Source of the DNA: a virus
Lineage: Duplodnaviria > Caudoviricetes
Length of the DNA: 30,990 bases
Direction: 5' to 3' (one strand)
IMG/VR virus record: IMGVR_UViG_3300002091_000079
Location: 1 to 30,990 of that record
The notes below the pieces were generated by a model, which was not told where the DNA came from, did not search any database, and saw only the letters and a list, made by a program, of their open reading frames with translations. Positions 16,699-27,031 of the stretch are shown here, in pieces; positions within the stretch are counted from its first letter, which is position 1, and the number at the start of each line of letters is the position of its first letter. The position numbers and the translations under genes were made by a program.

Positions 16699-18839
16699 TA
16701 TAAACCCCCGCTTCTATAGTTCCAGAAATTTCTAGGTTTAACTTCTGGCTTATAAAGTTTCTTGAAGGCTTCGGTATCTGATTTCGCTTTTTCCCATAAA
16801 CTGTTGGTATAAATCTCACTATAAGCAGGCTGACCATACTTATCAGGAACCACAAGGTTATTTGGGAATTTAACTTTAATTCTTCCGCCAGGTGAGCTGA
16901 CTAATATAGGCGGTGTTGTTGTGAAAATATGATCCACTTCGGCAGGTGTGCGATACTCAAGCAGTTTATCTCGGACAACACTGATGGCATGCGAGGCTAG
17001 TACTGATTTTTCGCTGTCGTCCAAAGGCACATTCACGGAATCCATAACATAATTGAATCCTGTTGAGACTTCATACGCACGTTCCATATTGTCCTTGTAG
17101 GTTTTTATGTAGTCATCAATATGCTCAAACTTAAAATCATTGTGATCGGATGCTACTTTTTTAATATAACGCATAGCTTGGTCAATCTTAGCTGATGCCA
17201 AAGCACCACCATTGGGCTGACGACTCAAGTAACCATTAATAGTTGTTAGTTCGGCTGATAACCTACCTGATAATTTTTTGTCAGAAAACCCTTCTTTATC
17301 CGTTGCCAATTGAAGAAACTTCTCTTGACTATCTTTTTTACCTGGTTTCTCACCCAAGGCATCCACTTGCTGTGATGCCATGAGTGTTTCAAGAAAACCC
17401 TGATCGGCTTTATTTGTTAAATTTCCGATCTCATACACAGTTAATCGTTTGCGTGGATTTTCGGGGAAAGCATTCATGGCATACATGCGATTCTTGGCGT
17501 TTAAAACCTGAATGTTGTTAATGGCTGCATTGATGTTTCCATCCTTGTTAAACCCGTTCTGAATGGGTGTAATCATGGGTAACGGAATGGGTTGGCGCAA
17601 ATGGTCTGGATAATTCATCCCAATACCCACCATGGCGGATTTTGTAATGGAATCATTCAGGTTTTCAATGGATTGAATACCCTTTTGGGTAGCAACTTCC
17701 TGTTCTGTTCCAAAAGGCGTGCTCGCGTCAATGACGGCCTGTCTTTGTACATAATCATTGTGTATTCGAGCACCTTCGGGCGTGCCTGCAATCCAATTCT
17801 GATAAGCACCAGGTTGCTCAGCATTCACAAAAAAATTATTTAATCGATTTTTATATCCAGTTTCAGATGCACTTAATTTTTCTTTCTTCTTCAATTCTGC
17901 AAGTTTAGATTGCAATTCAGTCCATGACCTACCCGAATTAATGTCACCTGTAGCACGTGCAGCACCCACACCATAATTCATGACCTTATCAAGTTCCGCC
18001 ACACTCTTTATAGCAATTAAATCGCGTGGCGATACTCGCTCACCATTGGCAATACGAGATTCAATATCGGCACTCGTTAAATGGCCAAAATGATGATCGG
18101 CAATCATGGCCGTATCTTGGTTCATTGGCAAATGCGCATTACTTAATGGGATTTGTCCAGGTTCCGTAGCATGCGCCGCACTTAAATCAGATGCGGTTAA
18201 TATGCCAGCATGCATGCCTTCGAGCAATTCATGCTGAAACTCTAATTCCTTCGTAAACTGTTTATGAATGTTTGCGCCTTCAACGGCTGTAATAATACCT
18301 GCACGTACCTGTCCAGCAATCGCTTCATATTGTGCGTGGATTAATATGTCTGCTTTTTCAGGGTTATTAGCTAAATCTGTTCGTATAGATTGAAGTGTAT
18401 CGCCTAATGATGAAAGAGCGGCGTATTTAGCCTGAGAACGCCCCAAAGTAATGGCCGTTTGAGCTGCTGAAAAGTTTAATCCACGCATTGCGCCTTGAGC
18501 CATAGAATCAAGATTTAACTTATCAGCTTTATTTAATGATGCCAGTGATTTTATCTTAGCAATTGTCTGCTCAGCATTTTTGGCGATTGCTTCGGCATGC
18601 CCTGGGCTTTTTAGAATCTCAAGTTTACTTTGCGATTCTACGTCTTGAAGCATTCCATGGGTTTGCAATAAGTTAGCCTTTGATGCTTCGTTGGCATAGT
18701 CTGTAGCCTTGGCAAAAGACCGCTCTGCAATGCTTCCCAATGTCTGGGCAATGTTATTTTGTCCTTTAGCGAGTGAATTACCTGCAACAGGATTAATAAT
18801 AGGATTTTTATCCGTCAGTTGCGTGATTTCATTGGCCAT
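16698..18839 (-). CDS. Internal virion (ejection) protein, gp15-like position
   Basis: 713 aa, Ala/Gln-rich and helical; assigned by synteny. Confidence 0.65.
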   Translation of the reverse strand: MANEITQLTDKNPIINPVAGNSLAKGQNNIAQTLGSIAERSFAKATDYANEASKANLLQTHGMLQDVESQSKLEILKSPGHAEAIAKNAEQTIAKIKSLASLNKADKLNLDSMAQGAMRGLNFSAAQTAITLGRSQAKYAALSSLGDTLQSIRTDLANNPEKADILIHAQYEAIAGQVRAGIITAVEGANIHKQFTKELEFQHELLEGMHAGILTASDLSAAHATEPGQIPLSNAHLPMNQDTAMIADHHFGHLTSADIESRIANGERVSPRDLIAIKSVAELDKVMNYGVGAARATGDINSGRSWTELQSKLAELKKKEKLSASETGYKNRLNNFFVNAEQPGAYQNWIAGTPEGARIHNDYVQRQAVIDASTPFGTEQEVATQKGIQSIENLNDSITKSAMVGIGMNYPDHLRQPIPLPMITPIQNGFNKDGNINAAINNIQVLNAKNRMYAMNAFPENPRKRLTVYEIGNLTNKADQGFLETLMASQQVDALGEKPGKKDSQEKFLQLATDKEGFSDKKLSGRLSAELTTINGYLSRQPNGGALASAKIDQAMRYIKKVASDHNDFKFEHIDDYIKTYKDNMERAYEVSTGFNYVMDSVNVPLDDSEKSVLASHAISVVRDKLLEYRTPAEVDHIFTTTPPILVSSPGGRIKVKFPNNLVVPDKYGQPAYSEIYTNSLWEKAKSDTEAFKKLYKPEVKPRNFWNYRSGGL

Positions 18840-19306
18840 TAGATATCCTCAACTTGGGGTAATTTGCCTTTTGTTGGCATTGCATTGCCTAATTGTAACG
18901 CTGTAAATGCGAGATTAGCCGCATCTCCAAACAATTGAGCATGCAATGTGGATTTCACATTTTGACGTTCTATATTTAGGCTTTGCTCCGCTATCGATTG
19001 CTCAGTATTTTGATTCGATTGTTTCTTGCCTGCGATATTAAATGTTTCGCGCTGAATAGCATTAAAACTGGGCGAATCAAATGAAACACCTCTAGTACTT
19101 AACTGCGCCGCCTGCTTACTTAACATCTGATCGGTCAATGCCAAGTTAGCCATGGTCTTTTGTTGGTATTGTAATTGCAATAATTTTGACTGTTGATTGA
19201 TAGCTGACAAATTAGATTGTTCCGCCTGTTTTTCAGCACTCATTTTACCAACAGTTGCACCAGCGGCAATCGCTACTAATCCAATGGTTGCGGTTTCTAC
19301 TCCCAT
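18839..19306 (-). CDS. Internal virion protein, T7 gp14-like
   Basis: Hydrophobic N-terminus, Gln/Ala coiled coil, GVSFDSPS motif; ATG at 19306 with GGAG RBS. Confidence 0.72.
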   Translation of the reverse strand: MGVETATIGLVAIAAGATVGKMSAEKQAEQSNLSAINQQSKLLQLQYQQKTMANLALTDQMLSKQAAQLSTRGVSFDSPSFNAIQRETFNIAGKKQSNQNTEQSIAEQSLNIERQNVKSTLHAQLFGDAANLAFTALQLGNAMPTKGKLPQVEDI

Positions 19307-19314
19307 GGTCACTC

Positions 19315-21435
19315 CTAAATGACAGCACTATCTATTTGATACCCAATGGACAATATTTGTAAATCAAATGGTGATGATTGAGTGATCACAATTGAGTCCG
19401 GATCGAAACGCGCATACCCTGAAACAGGATTAAAAATAGCTGTGTCCGTTCTTGGAATCAATGGCAAACCTAATTGGATATCATGAAAGTTTTGATATTG
19501 AACCAATTTACCATTAATGTAAAAGTTTAACGATAAATAATAATCAATGTAAATTCGGTTAATCTGTTTTTCAAACGGTGCTGATGTTGCACTGGTGAAT
19601 GGGTACATAGGTTTAATTTCAACATCATAAAGCAATCCGATCTGAACTTCCCCCTGCTTCATTAAAGGATTGGCAACAGTAATAATGCCATTTACCACCA
19701 ACCATTGGCCATAATCTTGTTTTTGATAAACTACCTGAACAGCATATCCATTGAATCGTTCCAGACCCTCTATAACACCAGTATTGGCCATATAATAATT
19801 TTCTGAACTATCAATATAAGTTTCACTCTCAAAGCGCTCTATTGTATAGGTTTGCGTTAAATCATAATATTTTAATATATATACATAATTATTAACTGAA
19901 CATATATCAATCAATGTCACATCATTTTTAAAAACAATTGGCGTGAGTGCCGCTAACCTTATCTCAGTAGCAAATTGAAAAGTGGTTATTGTGTTATCGC
20001 TATTATTTAATAAATAAATAAAATTATCCTGTGATATGTCTGTACCTCGCAATAATGCGCGACTTTCTGGGTTTTTCATTAAATGCTGACTGGCTGGTGC
20101 CACATTGGTTGATTGATACGCTAATCCAACGCCTGTGAACCGATAATTAATCATTGATTTACCAGTTTTTTGTACAAAATAAGAGTCATTTAGATATGTT
20201 TGCGGTTTTAATATGGTTGATGAACCATAAGAGGATTGCTGACGTATAGAAAATGTACTTGGTGTCAAACCTACGTCTTCATTTTGAGGACACGCAAATT
20301 CATAATTAGAGCAAAATAATTCAAGCTGCTTGCCTCCATTCATCCATAACAATGCCCCGCTATTGGTCTGGCCTATCGTGTAAATAATGGCATCTGTATC
20401 GCGTCCTGTCCCTACATCAAATGATATAGGTTGATTAAGGCGCGAACCAAATATTGTATTAGATAATAAAGCCGTACTTCCAAACCATAACCTATTCTGA
20501 AAATACAATGTTTTTGATGGATAACCTAATCCATATGGATTTCCTAGCGCACTTACCCATGACGGTTGTCGTATAGAATATTGTGAACCTACTGTAGATG
20601 CTCCCGAAATAATAAAAGCTATTTGTATTAATGCAGTAAATGTAACTGTAGTGGTTGTTTGAGAAACGGAAGTAATAATTGCATACCCAATAGGAGATAA
20701 TTCACTTTGTCCACCCCCGATAATCTGCCCACCAATCCATGCATTGGTAAATACAGGAATTCCTGCACCATAGGGCATATTAGTAAATACTGCCGTCAAT
20801 GTCTCGCCACTTAATCCCGTTCCTGTTCCTGATGAAGATAGTGCAACTGTTGTATTATTGTAATTAATTTGATTAAAATCATAAGCGGGTAACGGGTAAA
20901 TATCCAGATATTCAAATGAAAAATGCAGCGGACTATAACTATCAATAAATATTCTACCAGGTGGATAGTTTGGGGATGTTAAAACAAGCGTATCATTATC
21001 TTCGGTGTAATCTAATCCAAATAAATCACTCGCCTCATAATCAACTGGAATGACCTGAATTAACCTTACTGAATCTTCATCAATAACTACAGAGTCACCT
21101 GTATATATGACAACTTGATTTTCGTTATAATCAACAACATTGGCCGAACCCGTTGGAGTCGTTAGAATATAAAAATATTTGCTAGCACCCAATACAATAT
21201 AATAATTACCGTATTTATCTACAAATTCATACATGACAGACGTGGGTGATGCTAATGAAGATACATTGGAGTACATGACAGTGCCTTTGCGCTTCTTGGC
21301 AAGACCTGTCGTACCTACTTCAATGTTTAATAAACTTTGGGCGGCTGTCAGATATTCTTCAACATCAGTGCGCTTCCAAGTTATTTCACTTACTTCACCC
21401 GCTAGAAATGATGTTTGTCTAATCATTTTTGACAT
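19315..21435 (-). CDS. Tail nozzle / tail tubular protein B (T7 gp12, P22 gp10-like)
   Basis: QTSFLAGEVS...GLAKKRKGT N-terminus, GYPS..YFQNRLWF, PFDLQILSI C-terminus. Confidence 0.9.
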   Translation of the reverse strand: MSKMIRQTSFLAGEVSEITWKRTDVEEYLTAAQSLLNIEVGTTGLAKKRKGTVMYSNVSSLASPTSVMYEFVDKYGNYYIVLGASKYFYILTTPTGSANVVDYNENQVVIYTGDSVVIDEDSVRLIQVIPVDYEASDLFGLDYTEDNDTLVLTSPNYPPGRIFIDSYSPLHFSFEYLDIYPLPAYDFNQINYNNTTVALSSSGTGTGLSGETLTAVFTNMPYGAGIPVFTNAWIGGQIIGGGQSELSPIGYAIITSVSQTTTTVTFTALIQIAFIISGASTVGSQYSIRQPSWVSALGNPYGLGYPSKTLYFQNRLWFGSTALLSNTIFGSRLNQPISFDVGTGRDTDAIIYTIGQTNSGALLWMNGGKQLELFCSNYEFACPQNEDVGLTPSTFSIRQQSSYGSSTILKPQTYLNDSYFVQKTGKSMINYRFTGVGLAYQSTNVAPASQHLMKNPESRALLRGTDISQDNFIYLLNNSDNTITTFQFATEIRLAALTPIVFKNDVTLIDICSVNNYVYILKYYDLTQTYTIERFESETYIDSSENYYMANTGVIEGLERFNGYAVQVVYQKQDYGQWLVVNGIITVANPLMKQGEVQIGLLYDVEIKPMYPFTSATSAPFEKQINRIYIDYYLSLNFYINGKLVQYQNFHDIQLGLPLIPRTDTAIFNPVSGYARFDPDSIVITQSSPFDLQILSIGYQIDSAVI

Positions 21436-21447
21436 ATTATATACCAA

Positions 21448-22017
21448 CTATACAAAAGTAATACGATTAAAATCATTATACGGGGTTGCGAAATGAGGAT
21501 TTAACATGTTGTCTTGAACTTCTGCCTTAGCAATCATTTTTTCATATTCTTTTTCAAGGTAAGTCGTCAATTGAATATTATTTGTCAATGTGGGAGCAAG
21601 TTTTGCTGCTGCATAAAGTACAAGCGCACGAGAAAACAAAGGTGTATATATTTCCGGTAATGCTTGATTGACAATATAGTAATAAGCGATTGGTTTTATC
21701 TGCGCCAGTAGATACCCATCAGCAAATTCATATACAGGCCATTGAGAACCTGTTGCTTCAAATTTAAAGAAACGCCCGAAATCCGTAGGAACTTGGTACG
21801 TATACTCATAATCTGGGCTAAAATTAAAAGTTAATGGCGTATTATCTGCAATAAATTTAACAAGGAACGACCAGTTGGCCACTAAATATAATTCAGGAAC
21901 TAACTCAAATAATTTATTCGATACTTGCTGTGCATCAGGACTTTCAGTGATAGATGATACGGATGGTCTGCCCAACTCGGATAACGTTCTATTAACTAAC
22001 TGTAGTTGAGTGGGCAT
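21448..22017 (-). CDS. Tail adaptor / tail tubular protein A (T7 gp11-like)
   Basis: LVNRTLSELG...WSFL...YTYQVPTD; 189 aa, directly upstream of the nozzle. Confidence 0.88.
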   Translation of the reverse strand: MPTQLQLVNRTLSELGRPSVSSITESPDAQQVSNKLFELVPELYLVANWSFLVKFIADNTPLTFNFSPDYEYTYQVPTDFGRFFKFEATGSQWPVYEFADGYLLAQIKPIAYYYIVNQALPEIYTPLFSRALVLYAAAKLAPTLTNNIQLTTYLEKEYEKMIAKAEVQDNMLNPHFATPYNDFNRITFV

Positions 22018-22035
22018 GACAGTCCTTGAATAGGT

Positions 22036-22059
22036 AGAGCAGGATTTTAACCCCGCTCT
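22036..22059 (-). terminator. Hairpin after the capsid/decoration genes (weak terminator or processing site)
   Basis: Minus strand AGAGCGGG-N8-CCTGCTCT; no strong U-tract; position analogous to T7 Tphi. Confidence 0.5.
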
Positions 22060-22066
22060 GGATTAA

Positions 22067-23494
22067 CTAGATAACTTCAAAGCCAAATATCAATGTACCA
22101 TTGAGCGCAGTGCCTGCAACGTTATTGTTATAAAGACTAAGTGTAGCTGAACCATTGCCTGGGATTGCACGCAACTCAATACCGCGAGTCGTGTTTGTTC
22201 CACCCATTAACTGCAAATTCACAATAGATGTGGTTGCAATTCGTGAGTTAGTCAATGTAAAGGCATACGCTGCTGCTGCTGCGGTTGTCAGTGCCTCAGT
22301 AGTAATTACCCCTGCCTGATGATTGATAGTTGCTGCACCCGCTGTACTGGTGGCAGTTCCTCTATCCATAACAATAGAACCTGTCATGGTTCCACCAGCC
22401 AATGGTAAGCCGCCCAAGTTAGCTAATGAAGTCGATGCACTTTGTACGTCTGAAAGGTTATTAGCCGATATCAAAGCATTTGATGCATTTGTGGTTTCAT
22501 TTACTGGGGTTGCTTGGTAATTGAAAATTGATACACCAGGATCGCCACTCGACAAAATAGTGATCGTGCTCGCACTGGCAGTAATTTTTTGAATATTTAC
22601 CGCATTTGCAGACGTAGCCCATTTGCCAACAATGTCACTAGTTGCTGTGATGTTCGCATCAGTAATGGTTGTTGTTGCACTGCCGCCCGCATTTGAATAA
22701 GTTGCTACATAAAGCCCCAAATTCGTTAAAGCAGTAGATGCCACAAAACTAACATAACCAATGACCGAAACACCTGGATCGCCACTGCACAAAATAGTTA
22801 CCGTTCCAGCTGCCACTGTAACCTTTTCAATGATAACCGCATTTACCGAACTGATAATGCTTGCATTTACTTCCATTGCCGTTGTGATCAATGCATCAGT
22901 AATTACAATCGTAGCCGAACCGCCAGCATTGCTATATCGCGCTACATTAACACCAATATCAGCCAACAATATTGAAGGGGTAAATGCAATATAGGTCAAT
23001 GTTGATGCACCTGGATCTCCCGAAGACAACACGGTGAATGTACCAATGCCAGGTGTTACTTTCTCAATTGAAACCGCATTAGCACTGGCTTGCCAAGCGG
23101 CCAAAATAACCATGTTAGGGTTAATTTGAGAATCAGTAACAGTAGTTGTTGCACTTCCACCTGCATTGGTATATCGAGTTGAACGAACCCCATAAGCACC
23201 TATACCTGTCACTGTAGAAGCTGATTGAACCAGATTCCAGTTCAAGGCAATAGGATCGAAATTAACGCGAAATGTAGCCGTTAAAGCTGCTTCACCTACA
23301 TCAAGTGGGAATACACTGGTATCAGAATAATTAACATAAAGAATATCATTTAATTTGAATTTTTGTTTTAAGTCATTCAAATACCCAGCAACCAATAACT
23401 GAGCCAAAGTATCTTTTGTACTGGCAACAAAAATATTAGGTGCTGTACTGATATTCGCTTCCGTTACTATCGCAAGCGTTTCAAAATTAGACAT
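22067..23494 (-). CDS. Capsid decoration / head fibre protein with three tandem ~80-aa repeats
   Basis: YxNAGGSAT...NAVxIxKxT...SGDPG occurs three times; directly downstream of the major capsid gene with its own GGAG RBS. Confidence 0.7.
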   Translation of the reverse strand: MSNFETLAIVTEANISTAPNIFVASTKDTLAQLLVAGYLNDLKQKFKLNDILYVNYSDTSVFPLDVGEAALTATFRVNFDPIALNWNLVQSASTVTGIGAYGVRSTRYTNAGGSATTTVTDSQINPNMVILAAWQASANAVSIEKVTPGIGTFTVLSSGDPGASTLTYIAFTPSILLADIGVNVARYSNAGGSATIVITDALITTAMEVNASIISSVNAVIIEKVTVAAGTVTILCSGDPGVSVIGYVSFVASTALTNLGLYVATYSNAGGSATTTITDANITATSDIVGKWATSANAVNIQKITASASTITILSSGDPGVSIFNYQATPVNETTNASNALISANNLSDVQSASTSLANLGGLPLAGGTMTGSIVMDRGTATSTAGAATINHQAGVITTEALTTAAAAAYAFTLTNSRIATTSIVNLQLMGGTNTTRGIELRAIPGNGSATLSLYNNNVAGTALNGTLIFGFEVI

Positions 23495-23503
23495 GATTGC
23501 TCC

Positions 23504-24388
23504 TTATGCGTTAGCAACGTAGGGGTTAGCAGTTTCAATCAATGCAATACCGTTATACTGAATAACGTTCGCACCTGACGTCAGTACGGTCAACAATTCC
23601 CAACGGTCATTTTGTGGCACCCAAGTAATACTGGTTGACACGTCACGGTTGAAAATCTGTACCATGGAGTCCATATGAACCAGCGGGGTAAGGTAAGTAT
23701 CAACACCCATAGCCGTTGTAAATGGAATCGTATTGATACCGTTAGCACCTAATGTTCTGATGTCAACGCCAAGGTATGAAGACAGTTTATTATCAACCAG
23801 TGGACGTACATCATTGTAAAATATGTTAACGACACGATCATCATTCAACATAGATTGTTTGGTAATCGCTGGCAACCAAAGAGAACATGAGTTATTCATC
23901 ACGTTCACGCCCTGATTTTCAAGATAAGACAATGCTTGCGCCATCTTGCCTTCATTCATACCGGTATTCACACCCACTGTACTGTCAACAGTGAAAATAG
24001 TGCTGAATCCAATAGAGGTATATAAGGCATTAATCTTGATATAATCCACCATGCGCGCTGCTGCCAATGCATGCAATTTAGCATGATCAACAATCTTGTC
24101 ATAAGCAAACAACGTTTTCTCACCACCACCGATAACTGTTTTAAGAGCATAGTTATAAGGAATGATCATAACGTTTGTAGGATTAACTGGTGTAACTGGA
24201 ATATCTACAGGCGCATAGGTCTGTGATGTCATTTCAATGATGTCAGATACAGGAACGTTGGTAGCTTCACCAGTTGTTCCGTGACGTTCTTCAATCGTAT
24301 CTGCCAAGTACTGACTATTTTGATATTTGATAGTGACTTCGGTATCGAATAGTTGCGACGCCGTTGCTAAGTCTATTTGATCGGCCAT
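23504..24388 (-). CDS. Major capsid protein
   Basis: 294 aa from MADQID (GGAG RBS); follows portal and scaffold; podovirus capsid-like pattern. Confidence 0.88.
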   Translation of the reverse strand: MADQIDLATASQLFDTEVTIKYQNSQYLADTIEERHGTTGEATNVPVSDIIEMTSQTYAPVDIPVTPVNPTNVMIIPYNYALKTVIGGGEKTLFAYDKIVDHAKLHALAAARMVDYIKINALYTSIGFSTIFTVDSTVGVNTGMNEGKMAQALSYLENQGVNVMNNSCSLWLPAITKQSMLNDDRVVNIFYNDVRPLVDNKLSSYLGVDIRTLGANGINTIPFTTAMGVDTYLTPLVHMDSMVQIFNRDVSTSITWVPQNDRWELLTVLTSGANVIQYNGIALIETANPYVANA

Positions 24389-24532
24389 GAGGCAAACTCC
24401 AATAGTAAAAATAACTGTATGAATGAACATACGCCTATAGATAACTATTGGGTTACGGATTTTACCGGCCAATATTATTCGTGATCAGAATATCAAGGTT
24501 GCCAGGTTGGGCTTGAGTATTCGTGACCATTC

Positions 24533-24562
24533 ATTTTATGGCCGATCGATTGTATAAGTCAA
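24533..24562 (-). promoter_or_regulatory. Internal sigma70-type promoter for the capsid gene
   Basis: Minus strand TTGACT-N18-TAAAAT, just after the scaffold stop codon. Confidence 0.6.
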
Positions 24563-24569
24563 CTGTGTT

Positions 24570-25193
24570 TCATTCACCTTTATGTGCCATTGCTGCTGAT
24601 AATGCAATGTAACGCTTCTGTGCTTCTACTCTTGCTTTTCCTCTTGATTTAGTCATGACTTCTCTTGCTGCGAGTAAATCTTGATGCGTCACTTCATTAT
24701 AACTTCCTACTGTCACGCGATTACTACCTGGAACAGTGGAGTTTAACGTTTTTGTGCGTTGATCGAGGAGTTGATCGCGCAAATCCTTATCCTTAATTGC
24801 CTCTTTTAACAATTTTTCTGCAACCTTGTCAGGATATGTCTTTGTAATGAAGTCTTGCAGTAGATTAAGATTGTCAGCACCGATTTCCTTCTTGGCATTC
24901 TCAAATGATTCCAGTTTTGACCTTACAGAGTTGGTTTGCTGTACTGCAAGCCGTTCAAATTGCGCCTGCGTTAATCCGCTTTCTTTTGCTGCCTGCTTTA
25001 ATTGCAGCATGTCGTTATCGTGCAGTGTTGCGTTGGATGGAATTTGATAATCATCCGGTACATGTGTGGATTCGTCGTACTTTTTCTTTAGGTCTTCATT
25101 GTCCTGATATACCTTAGCGGCATTGTTATAGCCAACCTCCAGTTCTTCAACTGTTTTGAATTTACCAGCATATAGTTTTACATCGTCACTCAT
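24570..25193 (-). CDS. Capsid scaffolding protein
   Basis: LYAGKFKTVEELEVGY, PDDY and AKESGLTQAQ motifs; lies between portal and capsid. Confidence 0.85.
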   Translation of the reverse strand: MSDDVKLYAGKFKTVEELEVGYNNAAKVYQDNEDLKKKYDESTHVPDDYQIPSNATLHDNDMLQLKQAAKESGLTQAQFERLAVQQTNSVRSKLESFENAKKEIGADNLNLLQDFITKTYPDKVAEKLLKEAIKDKDLRDQLLDQRTKTLNSTVPGSNRVTVGSYNEVTHQDLLAAREVMTKSRGKARVEAQKRYIALSAAMAHKGE

Positions 25194-25449
25194 TCGGAAC
25201 CTCGGTTAATTGTTTTTGAATCATTGCTTCAACTTTTTTAACGGTATTTTTAATGCCACGGATAACGGATTGACGACCGAAGTAAAATCCTAAAACGCCT
25301 GCCGTCATATTCACTTCGTCTGGTTCTTCCCAAAATAACTCATTTGTTAATTCGACGATTACCTCACGCCCTAACTCGCTTGTATAGAGCGCATAGCATT
25401 TGTACTCTTGAGGTGTGATTAATTTTGCTTCCAATAATGTATTTATCAT
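25186..25449 (-). CDS. Small conserved podovirus protein (Bbp19-like)
   Basis: LYTSELGREVI...GRQSVIRGI; directly after the portal. Confidence 0.65.
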   Translation of the reverse strand: MINTLLEAKLITPQEYKCYALYTSELGREVIVELTNELFWEEPDEVNMTAGVLGFYFGRQSVIRGIKNTVKKVEAMIQKQLTEVPNE

Positions 25450-27029
25450 ATCGTTTCTTTCGCAGCTTCTGGGAACTGTACAGCTCCAGCGGTTGTTGAT
25501 GGTGGTGCGCCCTGAACCTGTTGCTGTTGTTGGGCTGCTTCGGCCAATGTTTGTTTTAACTTATCATCAGATACAGACAGTTTAGCCGGTATATTCAGTT
25601 TTTCATTAATGAATCGATTAGCTTCAAACATGTCCGTGCTTATCATCGGCGCTGATTGACCCCAGAACTGTTGCTTGATTTGCAAGGAGGTAATGAAGTG
25701 GTTAAGGTCAGTCTGATTCTGGATGTCGTATAGTGGTGATTGGAATGCAAACTTTAATTTTGATGGCTCGAAACCTGGTATTACTTCTTTTGGCTTTAAT
25801 AGCAGTCCTCTGGCGTTTAATATTTTGGCTGATGTCTCAAATATTTGTCGTGGCAATTCATTTATTAATCGGGATATGTCTGTGCTGGCTGTTCGTTGCG
25901 CTCTGTTTTCGCGCACTGATATCTCGGTTGCTGATTTGACAGGTGTTTGAATCTCTCCCAATGGGTCAACCATAAACGCCTTTTGGATCGTCTCCTGCAT
26001 GTGCACTATCTGCTGGAATACGTCAGGGTATTCAGGCATCTGCAAGGCTTCCAATGGATTGCGTCCATTAGGTTGCCTAGCTATCATAGCACCTGCCCAT
26101 TGTCTTACTGAGTACGGATTGAAATATGTGCCTGCATCATAGAACATCGGCGGATTGGCTTTAAAAGCCATATTCTTTCTGGAATACTCGACTATACGAT
26201 TAAGATCGATAATCGTTGGCATCATATCAATACCAATTCCACGTCCTTCAGCTTCACCTGGTCGTACCCTGTCACGATAAACAATGATTTGCCTGTAATC
26301 GGAATACCTATCCCAAAGCACTGTAAAAGGGTCATCATCAAGTACAGCATAAATATAATATTCCTCTTTTCCTACCTCAACCTGACCATAGTTAACGGAA
26401 TAGGTATCATTAGGATTGTCTTTTAGATTATTAAATTGAGTACCATGATAATCTGGGAACGTATCAAGAACCGCTCGCCCCGTCATTTTAGACACATACC
26501 AACAGTTTTTAATCAGGTCATCATTACAATACTCAATGTACAAAGCAACAGCGGGAATACTACGAAAATATAAAGGAACTTCATCCGAGGGACTTTCCAC
26601 CCAGATAACTCCTGTTCCTCCAACCAAGTCCAAGTTACTAGAGCCAACAACGCGAGCCAAGTTAGATTCATTAAGATAAAACATAATTCTGTCATTGATC
26701 TTATCCAGTGTTAATTGACCCTTTTGTATATCAGTTTCATCATGCATGTGTGGATCTAAAACATATTTAGCCCAAACCCTATCCTTAGGCATCAACAAAC
26801 CATGCAAATCATTCGCCCGCTGATAAGCTGCAATCATTGCGGTATTATCCCAGATCATATTTGTGACAGGTTTACCAGTGTCCGTATAATTGAATTTGAT
26901 ATTGAATGCATCACGATCAGGAATGACGTAGAAGTATAAATTTTTGTAGAGAGCAAGCCATCTATCTTTATAATAACGCGCCTCTTGAAATCTAGCATTT
27001 AATTTATGGAAATTTTCAGGTGGTTGCAT
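25446..27029 (-). CDS. Portal (head-tail connector, T7 gp8-like)
   Basis: 527 aa; WDNTA, LNESN, GEAEGRG and KSATEI motifs. Confidence 0.93.
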   Translation of the reverse strand: MQPPENFHKLNARFQEARYYKDRWLALYKNLYFYVIPDRDAFNIKFNYTDTGKPVTNMIWDNTAMIAAYQRANDLHGLLMPKDRVWAKYVLDPHMHDETDIQKGQLTLDKINDRIMFYLNESNLARVVGSSNLDLVGGTGVIWVESPSDEVPLYFRSIPAVALYIEYCNDDLIKNCWYVSKMTGRAVLDTFPDYHGTQFNNLKDNPNDTYSVNYGQVEVGKEEYYIYAVLDDDPFTVLWDRYSDYRQIIVYRDRVRPGEAEGRGIGIDMMPTIIDLNRIVEYSRKNMAFKANPPMFYDAGTYFNPYSVRQWAGAMIARQPNGRNPLEALQMPEYPDVFQQIVHMQETIQKAFMVDPLGEIQTPVKSATEISVRENRAQRTASTDISRLINELPRQIFETSAKILNARGLLLKPKEVIPGFEPSKLKFAFQSPLYDIQNQTDLNHFITSLQIKQQFWGQSAPMISTDMFEANRFINEKLNIPAKLSVSDDKLKQTLAEAAQQQQQVQGAPPSTTAGAVQFPEAAKETI

Positions 27030-27031
27030 TA

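Noticed and set aside
23495-23510. T7 10A/10B-style capsid frameshift into the next gene
   Set aside because: No slippery run near the stop codon, and the downstream gene has its own GGAG RBS.
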